The notes under the pieces were generated by a model. That model searched no databases and had not been told where the DNA came from. It saw only the letters and a program-made list of their open reading frames with translations. Below, piece after piece: positions 23,277 through 34,550 of a stretch of 64,000 nt of DNA. The position numbers were made by a program, and so were the translations under genes. The stretch covers positions 64,108,001-64,172,000 of the forward strand of contig JBNRSN020000024.1 of assembly GCA_051313645.2 (NCBI GenBank), written 5' to 3'. Position 1 is the stretch's first letter; each line of letters starts with the position of its first letter. This DNA comes from Centroscyllium fabricii (taxonomy: Eukaryota).

Positions 23277-25110
23277 GGGGCCCTTCACAATTGTCAACAT
23301 TTTCACGAGCGTACAAACCGTACGCTGGGGGGGAGGGGGTCCGACTTGTCCGTACGCTTTTTTTTTTCGTTTAAATGTCTTTTTTTTTTTTTTTTTTGTT
23401 CCGGTTCCGGTTCTGGCAGGACGGCCGCCATCGGGCGGCTGTACCTCGACTCCTCTTCGTGGAGTCAATCCGTTCTGGTCGACCGCCATTTGACGTCGGC
23501 AGCGCCGGGTGAGAGCCGGTGAGATGCGGGGCACAGTTCAGCCCCAGGACGCCGCATCAGTTCGGCCTCGGTCCAGAGTTCGGACCTCCGGGGTGTCGGG
23601 ACGGCCTTGTCTTGGCGTTCCGGGGAGCCTGCGTCGAGCGCTGGAGCTCCGGGGAGCCTGCGTTGAGCGCTGGAGTTCGGAGCTCAGGGGAGCTGGGATG
23701 GGGCACTCGGAGAGGGCTAGGCTTCAGGCCTCAGGACGCTGTGCCCGGAGTTCGGAGCTCCGTGGATTCGGGGAGTCGGGCTGAGAGTGGCCACGGAAGG
23801 AACAGTGGCAGAGCGAATTGACTGGGCGAGAGAGGACAATTTTACCAACGGTTGAGTGGCCAGAGCAGGAACGGGATCCACGATGATGGCGCCGAAGGAT
23901 GGCTGACGTCTTGCGGGCTCGTTCGCACCGGGCAGCTTAATTGTTGCGCGGTTGTTGTTGTTGCACGGTGTGTCGGGTAGCAGTAAGCATTTCGTTGTAT
24001 GGTGTTTGTTCGCTGTACAATGACAAATAAAATTGAACTTGATTGAAATTCCGCCGGTTTGAGAAGTGAAAAAAACAGGTTTAAAGGTAATTTAAAAAAA
24101 ATTCCTTTGGAGATATTTGTTTGTGGTCTTACAGGTTGTAAATGTGAAGGTTTTTATATATTTTGGTGAAAAAAATCGGCAATTTGAACGCGATGCCGAG
24201 AACTGCGAGAGCTCTGAGAGCTGGAGAGATCGCGTTCAAATCCCCGATTTTTTTCACTATCACCAAAATATATAGGGAGGAAAAAGGAGGAAGACATAAA
24301 GCAGGAATTTAAGGAACTAGGAAGGAAACTGAGAGACAAAACGAATAATGCCACGATTTCTGGGATCCTACCAGTGCCACGGGATAGGGAGTGGAAAAAC
24401 AAAAAAAGAATGAGAATAAACACGTGGCTACAGGATTGGTGCAGAAGGGAGGGCATGAGTTTCGTGGACAATTGGGGATCGTTCTGGGGAAGGTGGGATC
24501 TGTATGACCGGGACGGCTTGCACCTGAACCGAAGGGGCATCAACATTCTGGGTGGGAAACTCGCCCATAGAGCTTTACAGCACAGAAAGAGACCCTTCGG
24601 CCCATCATGTCCACGCCGGCCATCAAGCCCTTTCTATTCTAATCCCATTTTCCAGCACTTGGTCCGTAGCCTTGTATGCTATGACATCTCAAGTGCTCAT
24701 CCAAATGCGGTCGGGCTGCGCCTTGGGCCTTGCTGCCGCGGTTGAGGTTTGTCCTCCCGGAGGAGCCGGGGCCGGGGATGGGGATTGCTGTGCGGCTGGT
24801 CCGTCAGTGTGTTTACTGTCATCTTGTGCTGATTTTTACAGATCTGAAGTTCCATCAACACACAAGGCCGCCGGCCCCCCGGCCCATGACCGCAGACAGT
24901 GACTCTGAGTAACGAGGATCTCCCTGATGAGTCTGCAGTCACTCTGGTTCCTTTCTAAACCTCCCTGTGCTAATTAAATTCAATGGATGATGTTGGAAAA
25001 AATCAACATTTTTGGTGTACACTTCCAGGGGGAGGGGGGTGGGGGAGGGGGTAGCAAAAAAGAGTACTCTTTGTACACTTGTGAAAATGTTGACAATTGT
25101 GAAGGGCCCC
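23277..25110. mobile_element. TTA-flanked TIR DNA element (PIF/Harbinger- or Zator-like) with mosaic internal sequence
   Basis: TTA|GGGGCCCTTCACAATTGTCAACATTTTCAC ... GTGAAAATGTTGACAATTGTGAAGGGCCCC|TTA; TIR ~41 bp; no transposase visible. Confidence 0.9.
24272..24562 (+). pseudogene. isolated CR1 ORF1 SGNH-esterase fragment inside the TIR element
   Basis: Uninterrupted frame IGRKKEEDIKQEFKELGRKL...ISGILPVPR...INTWLQDWCRREGMSFVDNWGSFWGRWDLYDRDGLHLNRRG, homologous to 6583-6780. Confidence 0.85.
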
Positions 25111-25328
25111 TTAAGCATAATAAAGCATAAAAATTGCTATTGCTTAGGTAGCTAAAAATAATACTTGTTGCTGTACGGATGTTTAGGAAGTTTACTTTGC
25201 AACTGCTCCTGGGAGAACGAAGTGCACTTTACAATAAATCTTGTGATGTGGCAGGTGTTCATAAAGGGCTTTAGTTGCCAAGTCTCTCTCTGCTTCCACT
25301 ATATACAGCAATGTCTGTCACAATGGCT

Positions 25329-25986
25329 GGGTGGGATTTTAATGGGGATGGGTTTCAGATAGATGAGGTGGCAAGTGTCCCAGATTCTCTATACCCCCTC
25401 TCTTTCCCCCCCACCCCCTTCCAGAATATGTTAATTTGAGTCCCAGACTATCTTCACTCCCAGACCTCATTTACATTCCACTGGCTGCCTGAAATGGGCA
25501 GAAGAGGCAGCTGGCCAGCTGCTGATAGGCAAAGATCAGGCCGTCTGCTGGTGAGCAGGTACATTGCAGGGAATGGTTTTGGCAGGATCTCACTGGTGGG
25601 AAGCAGGGAGGAGCCGGGACTGCTGAGGCCCAGACCTTTGTGGGAGCCAGAGGAGTAAGAGTGCTCCTCCTCGCCCCGCAAAGGTAAGTTTAAAACTTAT
25701 TTTTGGGGCCCTCACTTTTTTGCTGACTAATTGTACTGAAAATGGCAGGCACCCTGCGCAACCAGCAGTTAAAATGCAATTGGGGTCCTAACGACCTCAT
25801 CGAACCCTGATTTGCATGTGGCTTCCACGTGCAGGAAGGGGGGGGGCCTAGCCCGGCTAAAAATGGGGCCTAGTTAGGGTGGAAACGGACAGATATGGCG
25901 AGGGAATGGGGCGCTAAGTGTTTGGAGACGATTTACGGGCACGGCTGCTCCGTTTCGCGGAGCAGGGTGGGTTAAAAATCACCCCC
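25329..25986. mobile_element. degenerate Harbinger-like TIR element
   Basis: GGGTGGGATTTTAA ... TTAAAAATCACCCCC imperfect termini, GC-rich interior; similar debris at ~61130-61400. Confidence 0.45.
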
Positions 25987-26213
25987 ATGTTTCTGGCTAT
26001 TTTCTAGATCAATTCCAGGGTTGTATTTATATCTGTAAATATTTATTCTTGCAGTTCTCGTGCCAAAATTGAAATCAAAATTGGCCTGTAACAGGACAGT
26101 CTTGCAAAAGCTTCATCGAATCATACCTGCTATGTTTAGTATTTGCAGATGTGCTTAAAGCTTTAACTGTACACAATGCCGTGTGGACATCAGTGTAATG
26201 CCTCTGTTTCTAT

Positions 26214-26448
26214 AAACATAGAAGATAGGAGCAGGAGTAGGCCATTCGGCCCCTCGAGCCTGCTCCGCCATTCAATGAGATCATGGCTGATCATCCAAAC
26301 CCAGTACCCCGCCCCATATCCCTCGATCCCTATCGAGCCTGCACCGACACATATCCCACCCTATCCCCGTAACCCCACATATTCAATCCCCCTAACACTA
26401 AGGGTCAATTTATCCTGGCCAATCAACCTAACCCGCACATCTTTGGAC
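26214..26448 (-). mobile_element. HE1-like SINE, 3' half
   Basis: Near-identical to the 3' part of 38508-38892 in reverse. Confidence 0.85.
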
Positions 26449-26821
26449 ACGTCATAGTGAACAAAAACTGTTTAGATTCAATCTTAACAGAAAACTGTGG
26501 ATCTTTAATGCGTTACAATAATTAAGCCAGTTAATAGATTGCATAAGTGGCAACAGCTGTAAACTTGTTTGGCCATATGATCCGGTGACCATAGACCGTC
26601 CCAGGTCAGTTGACTCGCATTCAGAGATTGGTTTGAAAATATTGTTATGTTGTTTTGATGCAGACTGGCTCTGTGAAATAAATACTGATAATCCAGCATA
26701 CACAAGTTATCCCCAGGTTGGGAGAGGATGTATAAATTGATTTAAAATGTAAAGATTTCTTTAATCAAGGCTTAACATAACAAAACTCTTTTAGAGCTTA
26801 TTTTCTTTTAAATAATTTCAG

Positions 26822-26940
26822 GCTGTACGGTTGGAAAGTGCTTATCTAGAACTGACTAGGTACATGGTGGTAGTTTCCACCAATGGCAGACAAGACACGG
26901 AAGAAAGTATTGTTTTAGGAATGGATTTCTTCAAAGATAG
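26822..26940 (+). CDS. SSH2: Slingshot-2 exon (AVRLESAYLELTRYMVVVSTNGRQDTEESIVLGMDFFKDS)
   Basis: CAG acceptor, GTAAGA donor; phase 0 to 2. Confidence 0.96.
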
Positions 26941-27764
26941 GTAAGAAAATCTCAAACTTTGACTGTTACCATTTTATAAGCTTACTTAGTTAACTGATGG
27001 TGAAACTTTCATTGCCATTTAATATAGTGAGGACCTAAGGCTGAAATAAATTGTGAAATATATAATGCAGAATAATTACTTTGAGGGATTCAGAGAACAT
27101 GATTAACCATAAGAGTTTTGCTGTCACAATTTATATCATCTGAACTCTTTGCTGGAACTGCTGCCTTGTAACTGATTCCTTGTTGTTTTACATATAGCTT
27201 GTTTTTGTATTAATTGAATTAGTTTATTCATGCAGGAAATGCTTTTGTTGTTGAGAGTTTTGTCAGTAAAAGGATTTGTTTTGTGATTTAAATACTTTTT
27301 TGCCAACAATATTGGGAAGTAATGAATATGGTTTAGCCATTATTTGATCATTTGGATATCCCACTTCCTCATTTTTTTAAACTGATGCCCATGATTAATG
27401 GGTTGTAACGTATCCTGTCCAAACTCTCTGTCCCTCTCGCATGGTGGTTTGGTTTGGTTCTGTGTGTGTGTGTCTCTCTCTCTCCTGAGCTTATTTAGGC
27501 TTATGCACCTGTTGAGCATGTTGCATTTTTTAGCCAGCAATTATTTAACTTTTTTTTTGTGTTGTCATATCTATTTTCAAATTGCAGCATCTCTTAATTA
27601 ATAAATTTGCCCCAAAATAATTTTCAATGTTATTTGTGATGGTTGCAATCCCATCTGTGATGAGATTACTGTAACCAGTTTAAAATAACCTTCAGATATA
27701 CTGTGCAAGAAACCAATCTGGAGCAGCACTTTTTTTAATAATGTAGTTTGGGTATGAACCTTAA

Positions 27765-28479
27765 GGGGGAAAAATTGGCTAGCGCATGTTTTGTGGCGCT
27801 AACCTCGGCGCAGCGCTATTTTTAGCGCCAGCTGATTGCTGGCGCCGTTAGCGCTGAAATTCGGCTGTAGCGCCCACAGTAGGAGGGCGGGCGCTAAAAC
27901 AGGTGGCCGCCCGCGTTCCTCAGGTGCTACGGCCGAAGATCCGGGCACTGGGGGTCGCGGCGACATGCAGCGCAGAGTGGTGCGCCGCGGACTGCAGGCC
28001 TTCCTCCCCGATTAAAGGGGAGGGGCCGAGCGCGGCTGCGGCCGCAGTCCCCGCGGGGCCGCCGTGGGACGCCATGCAGCAGAAGGAGCCCGGCACTGGA
28101 GGGAAGTGCCGGGCCCACTGGTCGGAGGCCTCACACCGCGGGGGGGGGGGGAGGCGGCGGCAACGGGGGAGGCAGAGGGGAAGGTGCTGGCAGTCGGCCA
28201 GCAATAAAATTGGCCGACTGGCACCCTTCCCTTTAAGCAGCGCTCCCCCGCTGCTCTTATGGCTGGAAAAAGCTGTCGCGGACAGCGCCCGCCGAAAACC
28301 CAGTGGGTGCTGCCCAGTTTCAGTCGCGGGCGCCACACAGGCGCTGCGTGCACTGATGACGTCATCCCCGTCGGTCAGCTGGGCGAAATATTCAGTGTGA
28401 CGCTACCGCTTACTGTCAGCCTTAGCGCCCCCCTTTTGGGGCGCTAACGAGCAGGCGCAAGACCGTGAATTTCTAGCCC
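27765..28479. mobile_element. GC/CpG-rich PIF/Harbinger-like non-autonomous element
   Basis: TAA|GGGGGAAAAATT ... AATTTCTAGCCC|TAA; subterminal TAGCGCC/GGCGCTA repeats. Confidence 0.75.
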
Positions 28480-29712
28480 TAAGATTTTAACTGACTTATT
28501 GTCAATGAATCTCTGCACTGGAACATTAAACTTTTATTCATAAAATGCTAAATATTGCTTCAAAAAGCCAGGTTAAAATATCACCAACAAAGGATATCTA
28601 AAGAAGAACTCTTACTAATGTGTTAAGATACAAGGGAAAAAAATATTGCACTTGACATAAGTAATTAATCTTGTTTAAATAATATGCTTTGCATTGTTAT
28701 ATCAGCTCATGTCCCCCGTACACATGTATAGGTTTTCACAGTGAATGGGCAGATAGAGGCTCTTATCAATGGTGTCCTGTTGTAAGGCTGGAAATACTGT
28801 TTTAAAGACCTTCCTCCTGTAGCTGTTTGCCAATGTGACAGTATGCAACACTTCTAATAAACCTCCGATCTTATGAGCAAGCAAATAACTAGCATTCTAT
28901 CTGTCAGGTTCATGCTGATGAATGCCTGCTTGTTGCTATGTAAACAAGACAACACACACTCTTTTTCGTTTGATGTTTGAAGATGGTGGTTCTTGTGTGC
29001 CATTCTGTTACAGGGTGCATTTAGAAATGGCTTGAGCATGTGGCTGGGGGAGGACCTAAGAATATCCTCTGATCATGGGGAGCTTTTTATAAAACTTTCC
29101 ATGAGGTCATCTTGTGCAGTCAACACAAGTTATTTCTGTTAACTGTCTCCCTGAGCACCACACACTCACTCTCTCTCTCTCTCTGGCAAGGCTATATAGT
29201 GATCACAATAAGCACAGTTTCCAAAATCTGGACTGCACAAGTGGTGGTTATATGTTAAATTACACATAATTTGACATAATATAAATGCAATCTACACTTT
29301 CCGTATACTGGTGTAAATTTTTTCCGCATACTGCAGATATCTATATTCAAATATATTGTGTCTACACCGCTCTTGTTTCTGTGCTGTCTGGCCAGTGCAG
29401 AAGAAAAATAAAACTACAGATTCAGTCGGAGCAGTAATGCACTGAGAAAATCGTCTGGAGTTTGCTCAGACCAAGTTCATTCATTTTTTTTTTCTTTGGC
29501 ACATTGCAGCTCCAGCTGAATGGCTGACTTAAATTATGTTTTGATATGCTTAAGCTCACCAAAACTGTGCTCACCCTACAATACAAATATTTAGCCTTGC
29601 ATACAATTGATCTCAACTTGAAGATTTAAAAAATGTATTACAGGATTGAAACCATTCCACTGTGACAATCAGAACACTGTATAGAGACAAATGGAAATCC
29701 TGTCCGTTCTCT

Positions 29713-29817
29713 TGAAATCTTAACTCTTTCTCCACAGATGCTGTCTGACCTGTTGGGTATTTCCGGCATTTTCTGTTTTTATTTCAGATTTCAAGCATCT
29801 GCAGTATTTTGCTTTTG
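29713..29817 (+). repeat. Penelope-type shark repeat, partial (hammerhead core lost)
   Basis: TGAAATCTTAACTC..CCACAGATGCTGTCTGACCTG..TTTCAGATTTCAAGCATCTGCAG, homologous to 63845-63955. Confidence 0.7.
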
Positions 29818-30095
29818 TAAGAGAAAAATGTGCTGTGGAAGTTGCTTCAGCCCATTGTTAAACCCATTGCTTTTTATCCACGAGCACTTGATATCAGTAG
29901 TTTAATTCTTGTTGGGTTTAAATGCTCTTTTCACTTTTTCCAAATGTACTTGAGCTGAGTACAGACTGTAGTTCGATGGACTTGTATTGATTTATGCCTT
30001 CTCTGTAATCCTTTCTGCTGAAGATATCGGCATAAAACAATGTGCAACATAGTATACAGAAACTATGCTAATTTTAGATTACATTATCTTTGCAG

Positions 30096-30164
30096 CAGTA
30101 CTTGCACAATGGGCCTGGTTCTTCCACTATGGAGTGACACGCTGATCCATTTGGATGGTGATGG
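30096..30164 (+). CDS. SSH2: Slingshot-2 exon (STCTMGLVLPLWSDTLIHLDGDG)
   Basis: CAGCAG acceptor, GTAAGT donor; phase 2 to 2. Confidence 0.96.
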
Positions 30165-30526
30165 GTAAGTACACTCGGTACCTAACATCTAATCTCAAAT
30201 AGTAAAACCTTGGGAACCCAGCACTAAATGTCTAGTAGTAAAATTCTTCTTGTTCCAAGATATTACTTTAAAGACAACACAAAGGAGAGGCATTTGTTAC
30301 TGCTAGTATAAAAGGAGCCTATCTGAGACAAAGTGACAAGAAAAATCAGTCTGGATTCCTATCCTATTCAACCATGCCTGATGGAAGTGTGCCTGCGTGG
30401 ATGTCTGATGAGGGCAGAATTGGTTCTGGTTTTGCCACCCGGCTTGTCACAGCCTGCTTGTGTCACTGTCCAGGCGCTCTTGGAAGAACAGAAGAATTCT
30501 TGGGAATAAAACCACTAGGCCTAAAA

Positions 30527-30820
30527 TCTGTCTCTATATCTGTCTCTATATCTATCTCTATATCTATATCTATATCTCTCACTATATCGCTCTCTATATC
30601 GCTCTCTATATCGCTCTCTATATCGCGCTCTCTATATCGCGCTCTCTATATCGCGCTCTCTATATCGCGCTCTCTATATCGCGCTCTCTATATCGCGCTC
30701 TCTATATCGCGCTCTCTATATCGCGCTCTCTATATCGCGCTCTCTATATCGCTCTCTATATCGCTCTCTATATCGCTCTCTATATCTCTCTCTATATCGC
30801 TCTCTATATCGCTCTCTATC
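30527..30820. repeat. compound micro/minisatellite (TATATCGCTCTC / TATATCGCGCTCTC)n
   Basis: 12- and 14-bp units seen directly. Confidence 0.95.
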
Positions 30821-31755
30821 AATTTCAATTCAATTCAATTCAAATAGCTTTATTGGCATGAATGGTATCAACCGTTGTTGCCAAAGCATTGCAGTATACA
30901 TAAAATAATACATTGGTAGACGTAATATCAACAGTACATTGGTAGATGTAATAATAACAGTACTAACAATATATATACAACCGCATCTGTAGTAACATCA
31001 ATAGATGTAGTTTAAATGCAGTTTCAAACAGTATCACAGTCAATGTTGGTCTCTGCCTGTGTGTGTGTGCATGTTGGTCATTCACTGTCCCTCAGGTTGT
31101 GGCATGATGTTACGTATTGTGCACCAAGCTGTGCCCTATCTCCTTCGCCAAGGATTATTTTTAGTTTTGAGGTATCATCTAATTCTTTGAAATCTGGGAT
31201 TTCTAGGCCTAGTTTGTCAAAGTATGTTTTCCTTGTTTTGTCGAATTTTTTGCATTTTAGGAGGAAGTGCATCTCTGTTTCAACCTCATCTGTCAAGCAG
31301 TGACCGCATATTCTATTTTCTCTTGGCTGCCAGGATTTCTTCTGTCTTCCTTTTTCGACTGCCAACTGGTGGTCACTTAGTCTGTACCTGGTGAGGGTCT
31401 GTCTCTGCTTTATATTTCTGACAGTTGAAAGATAGTCTGCCACTTTATAGTCTCTTTCTAAGGCACGGTAGCATTCTAGTCTGCTTTGGTTTTTAGTTGC
31501 TTTTTCCCAATGTTCCAAATATGTTTCTTTGCATTTTTTGATAATTTGGTTCACTCTAATTGATGTTTGGAAGGCAGTGTTGATCTGAGACTGGTCAAGG
31601 TTTGACTGAGATGGGGTAGTTAGTCTCAGCACCAACTGACAACAGGGGACTCTTTTGGGTTTGGAGGGCTTTAAACTGGAGGGAGTCTGGGTGACTAGAT
31701 TTAAGGTGATTCCAAAAATTTAATATTCTTTTTTGGATATTTATGATTAGTGGGT
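30821..31755 (-). mobile_element. RTE-X-like LINE 3' fragment with CCHC-like C-terminal motif
   Basis: ORF 31078-31635: LTRYRLSDHQLAVEKGR...RICGHC...VETEMHFLLKC; (TTGAA)n tail at 30821-30845. Confidence 0.75.
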
Positions 31756-31932
31756 ATCTCTCTCTCTATCTCTCTCTATATCTCTCTCTCTATATCGCTC
31801 TCTATATCGCTCTCTATATCGCTCTCTATATCGCTCTCTATATCTCCCTCTATATCTCTCTATGTCTATCTATCTGTCTATCTCCATCTCTATATCGCTC
31901 TCTATATCTCTCTATGTCTATCTATCTATCTC
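31755..31932. repeat. continuation of the (TATATCGCTCTC)n satellite
   Basis: Same unit as 30527-30820 on the far side of the LINE. Confidence 0.9.
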
Positions 31933-32981
31933 CAGCTATGGTGTCTCAAATCCATTTATATTTTCTGCTTTTAATTTGCATGAAAAATAGGCAGTTGGGC
32001 AAGGTACTGGAAGCCACTGGGAAACTTTAACCCAGCCTGAGTCCCTGTCTTTAAGCAAGAAGGTCAAAGAAAAACAAATGTTGGTAAGAGAGGAATTTAT
32101 TTTTACCACAGCTGAAATAAGGGACTTGATGGTCATTACTAGCTGTATACTCAAGTTCCAATTATTTACAGAATTAACTTGCTGAAGCCTGTTACATTTG
32201 GTGTATTTTTCTACCAAAGATGTTGGTTTACTAAACGCTTCACTGGCCAGTAGTTGGTGAGGAACTGAATCATTTGACCAGCATTCACTGTGTAATGAAC
32301 CAGCAATGGAAGCCCATCACAATACAAGAACTGTCATATTACCACATGGCATTTATGACATCATTACCACCAACAGAATTTGGATTTTTCAGCAATAAAC
32401 AACTCTGCTACTTTGTTTAAACATTTTGTTCTGCTACCATGGCACTTAATCAGCTATTTTGTCACTTTGTGTACTCAAAGATGGAAGTTATCCCCTAAAA
32501 GCCATGGTAAATATGAATTGTCATTTTATAATTTTTTTTTTTTTAAATTAACTAACTGGTTACTGTGTGTGGCTTTCAAAGGTATTTTATTACTTCCTTC
32601 TCTTTCTCTTTTCTCTCTTCGTGCACTCACATGCTCTCTCTCCTCTCTATTTCTTTTTCGCTCACTCGTGCTCTCCTCGCGCACGCGCGTACTCTTTATT
32701 TCACTTTCCTTTCTCTCTCTCTTTATTTCTCTTTCGCTCACTCTCCTCTCTGGCGTGCTCTCGCTCTCTCTTATATTTATTTACTTTCTTGATTGTCCCC
32801 ACTGTCGAAGTGTTCAGCCCTCTTGACTTCTCATGTTGACAGATCGGAGCCCTTCCTGTACTGAGATTGTGGGTGCACCGTGTCACCATACCATTTTGAG
32901 TTGCACCTGTTTATTTTTCTAAGTTTTGCTGATAACTTGAATCATTTCAAATGTTTTTTCTGCTTTTCTTTCCCTCCCAAG

Positions 32982-33047
32982 AGGATTCAGTGTGTCGACG
33001 GTGAACAGAATTCACATCTTCAAGCCTGTGTCTGTACAGGCAATGTG
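32982..33047 (+). CDS. SSH2: Slingshot-2 exon (GFSVSTVNRIHIFKPVSVQAMW)
   Basis: Pyrimidine tract + AAG acceptor, GTAAGA donor; phase 2 to 2. Confidence 0.95.
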
Positions 33048-33230
33048 GTAAGAACTTTTGGAACATTTTTGCTATTTTTTCTGCAGGTTTTCTCCAGCAC
33101 CAGTTTGTTAATGATGAAGTTTACAGTTCTATTGCTGTGCTGTTTCAGCTAAAAGCTGACCATGTATTCTCAAGTAACATGCAAATGACAAATGGTCGCA
33201 TAATTTTGTGTGGCTACAGAAACATAGAAA

Positions 33231-33549
33231 TGTAGCATAACTACTCCGGGAGGCACGCCTGTCTCCCTTTAAGGCAGTGGCCTGGATCAGTCAGTCTTGC
33301 TTTATGACCGAATCCTCTTTGGTAGATTGGTCCCGCCCCCATTACCACATTGGTCAATAGATTCAACGGGCACAGAACCTGATAGGCCCTTAGCACTGTC
33401 ACTCACGGGTCACGTGGTTTCCTGCCGTTTCGCGCCAGAAAGAATCAGTTCGTGTAGTTTGTTGGTTTAATAAAGACGTGTTTTAATTCACTCTGCTGTT
33501 TACCTTTGATTCTTCGATATTTAAAGTGGGAAACCTTCAGTTCCCCACA
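33231..33549 (+). mobile_element. solo LTR inserted in a SINE tail
   Basis: GAAA|TGTAG ... CCACA|GAAA 4-bp TSD; removing it restores AACATAGAAACATAGAAG; AATAAA at 33469. Confidence 0.8.
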
Positions 33550-33942
33550 GAAACATAGAAGATAGGAGCAGGAGTAGGCCATTCGGCCCTTCGAGCCTGC
33601 TCCGCCATTCAATGAGATCATGGCTGATCATCCAAACCCAGTACCCTGTCCCTGCCCTCTCCCCATATCCCTCGATCCCTACCGAGCCTGCACCAACACA
33701 TATCCCACCCTATCCCCGTAACCCCACATATTCAATCCCCCTTACACTAAGGGTCAATTTATCATGGCCAATCAACCTAACCCGCACATCTTTGGACTGG
33801 GAGGAAACCGGAGCACCCGGAGGAAACCCACGCAGACACTGGGAGAATGTGCAAACTCCACACAGATAGTACCCGAGGCTGGATTTGAACCCGGGTCTCT
33901 AGTGCTGTAAGGCAACAGTGCTAACCAGTATGTCACCGTGCC
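33550..33942 (-). mobile_element. HE1-like tRNA-derived V-SINE with CR1 tail
   Basis: Reverse complement of 38508-38892. Confidence 0.9.
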
Positions 33943-34355
33943 GAAAGAGATATGGTGCAGAAGATAAGCACGGCAAAAGCCAGCAAGCTCTGTTAGTTTG
34001 GTTGTGAGGAAATTTGTACATGTGAAGACCAGAAGTTCATGTTGTTTGTGAATTTTAGCTATGTTCTGACTGAAACAATTATAGCTCATTGTGCATTATT
34101 TAAATGTTGCAGCCAAAAGCTTTATGTTTACTAGCTATTTTTCTCTTTTGGCATCATAATCAAATGTAAAAATGCAGTAGTCATTCTAACATCAAAAATG
34201 CACTTGCTTTGGTAGGTATTGGTAAATGTGTACAGCTAAATTAATCCTTTGTTATCCCTGCTGTCAAAATGGCCTCATTTATTAAGCACAGAATAGTCTT
34301 TGGAAAATATTTTTTAATGTGTGACACCAACTGTGTGAATTATTTTTATTTTCAG

Positions 34356-34550
34356 GTCAGCTTTGCAGAGTTTGCACAAAGCCTGTGAGATTGCCAGGAC
34401 GCACAACTACTACCCCGGGAGTCTGTACCTAACGTGGATTAGTTATTATGAGAGTCGCATCAATTCCAACCAGTCCTTCGTTAATGAGTGGAATGCGATG
34501 CAGGATGTGCAGTCTCATCGCTCCGATTCACCTGTCCTCTTTGCTGAAGT
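34356..34550 (+). CDS. SSH2: Slingshot-2 exon (SALQSLHKACEIARTHNYYPGSLYLTWISYYE...EWNAMQDVQSHRSDSPVLFAEV)
   Basis: CAG acceptor, GTATGT donor; phase 2 to 2. Confidence 0.96.

Noticed and set aside
24924-24935. CTGATGAG hammerhead core
   Set aside because: No stem II followed by GAAA downstream.
27903-28447. Long GC-rich ORFs and a CpG island suggesting a nested gene
   Set aside because: Confined within a TAA-flanked TIR element; no recognisable domain.
30374-30861. ORFs rich in SISL/ALYI repeats
   Set aside because: Translation of a microsatellite.
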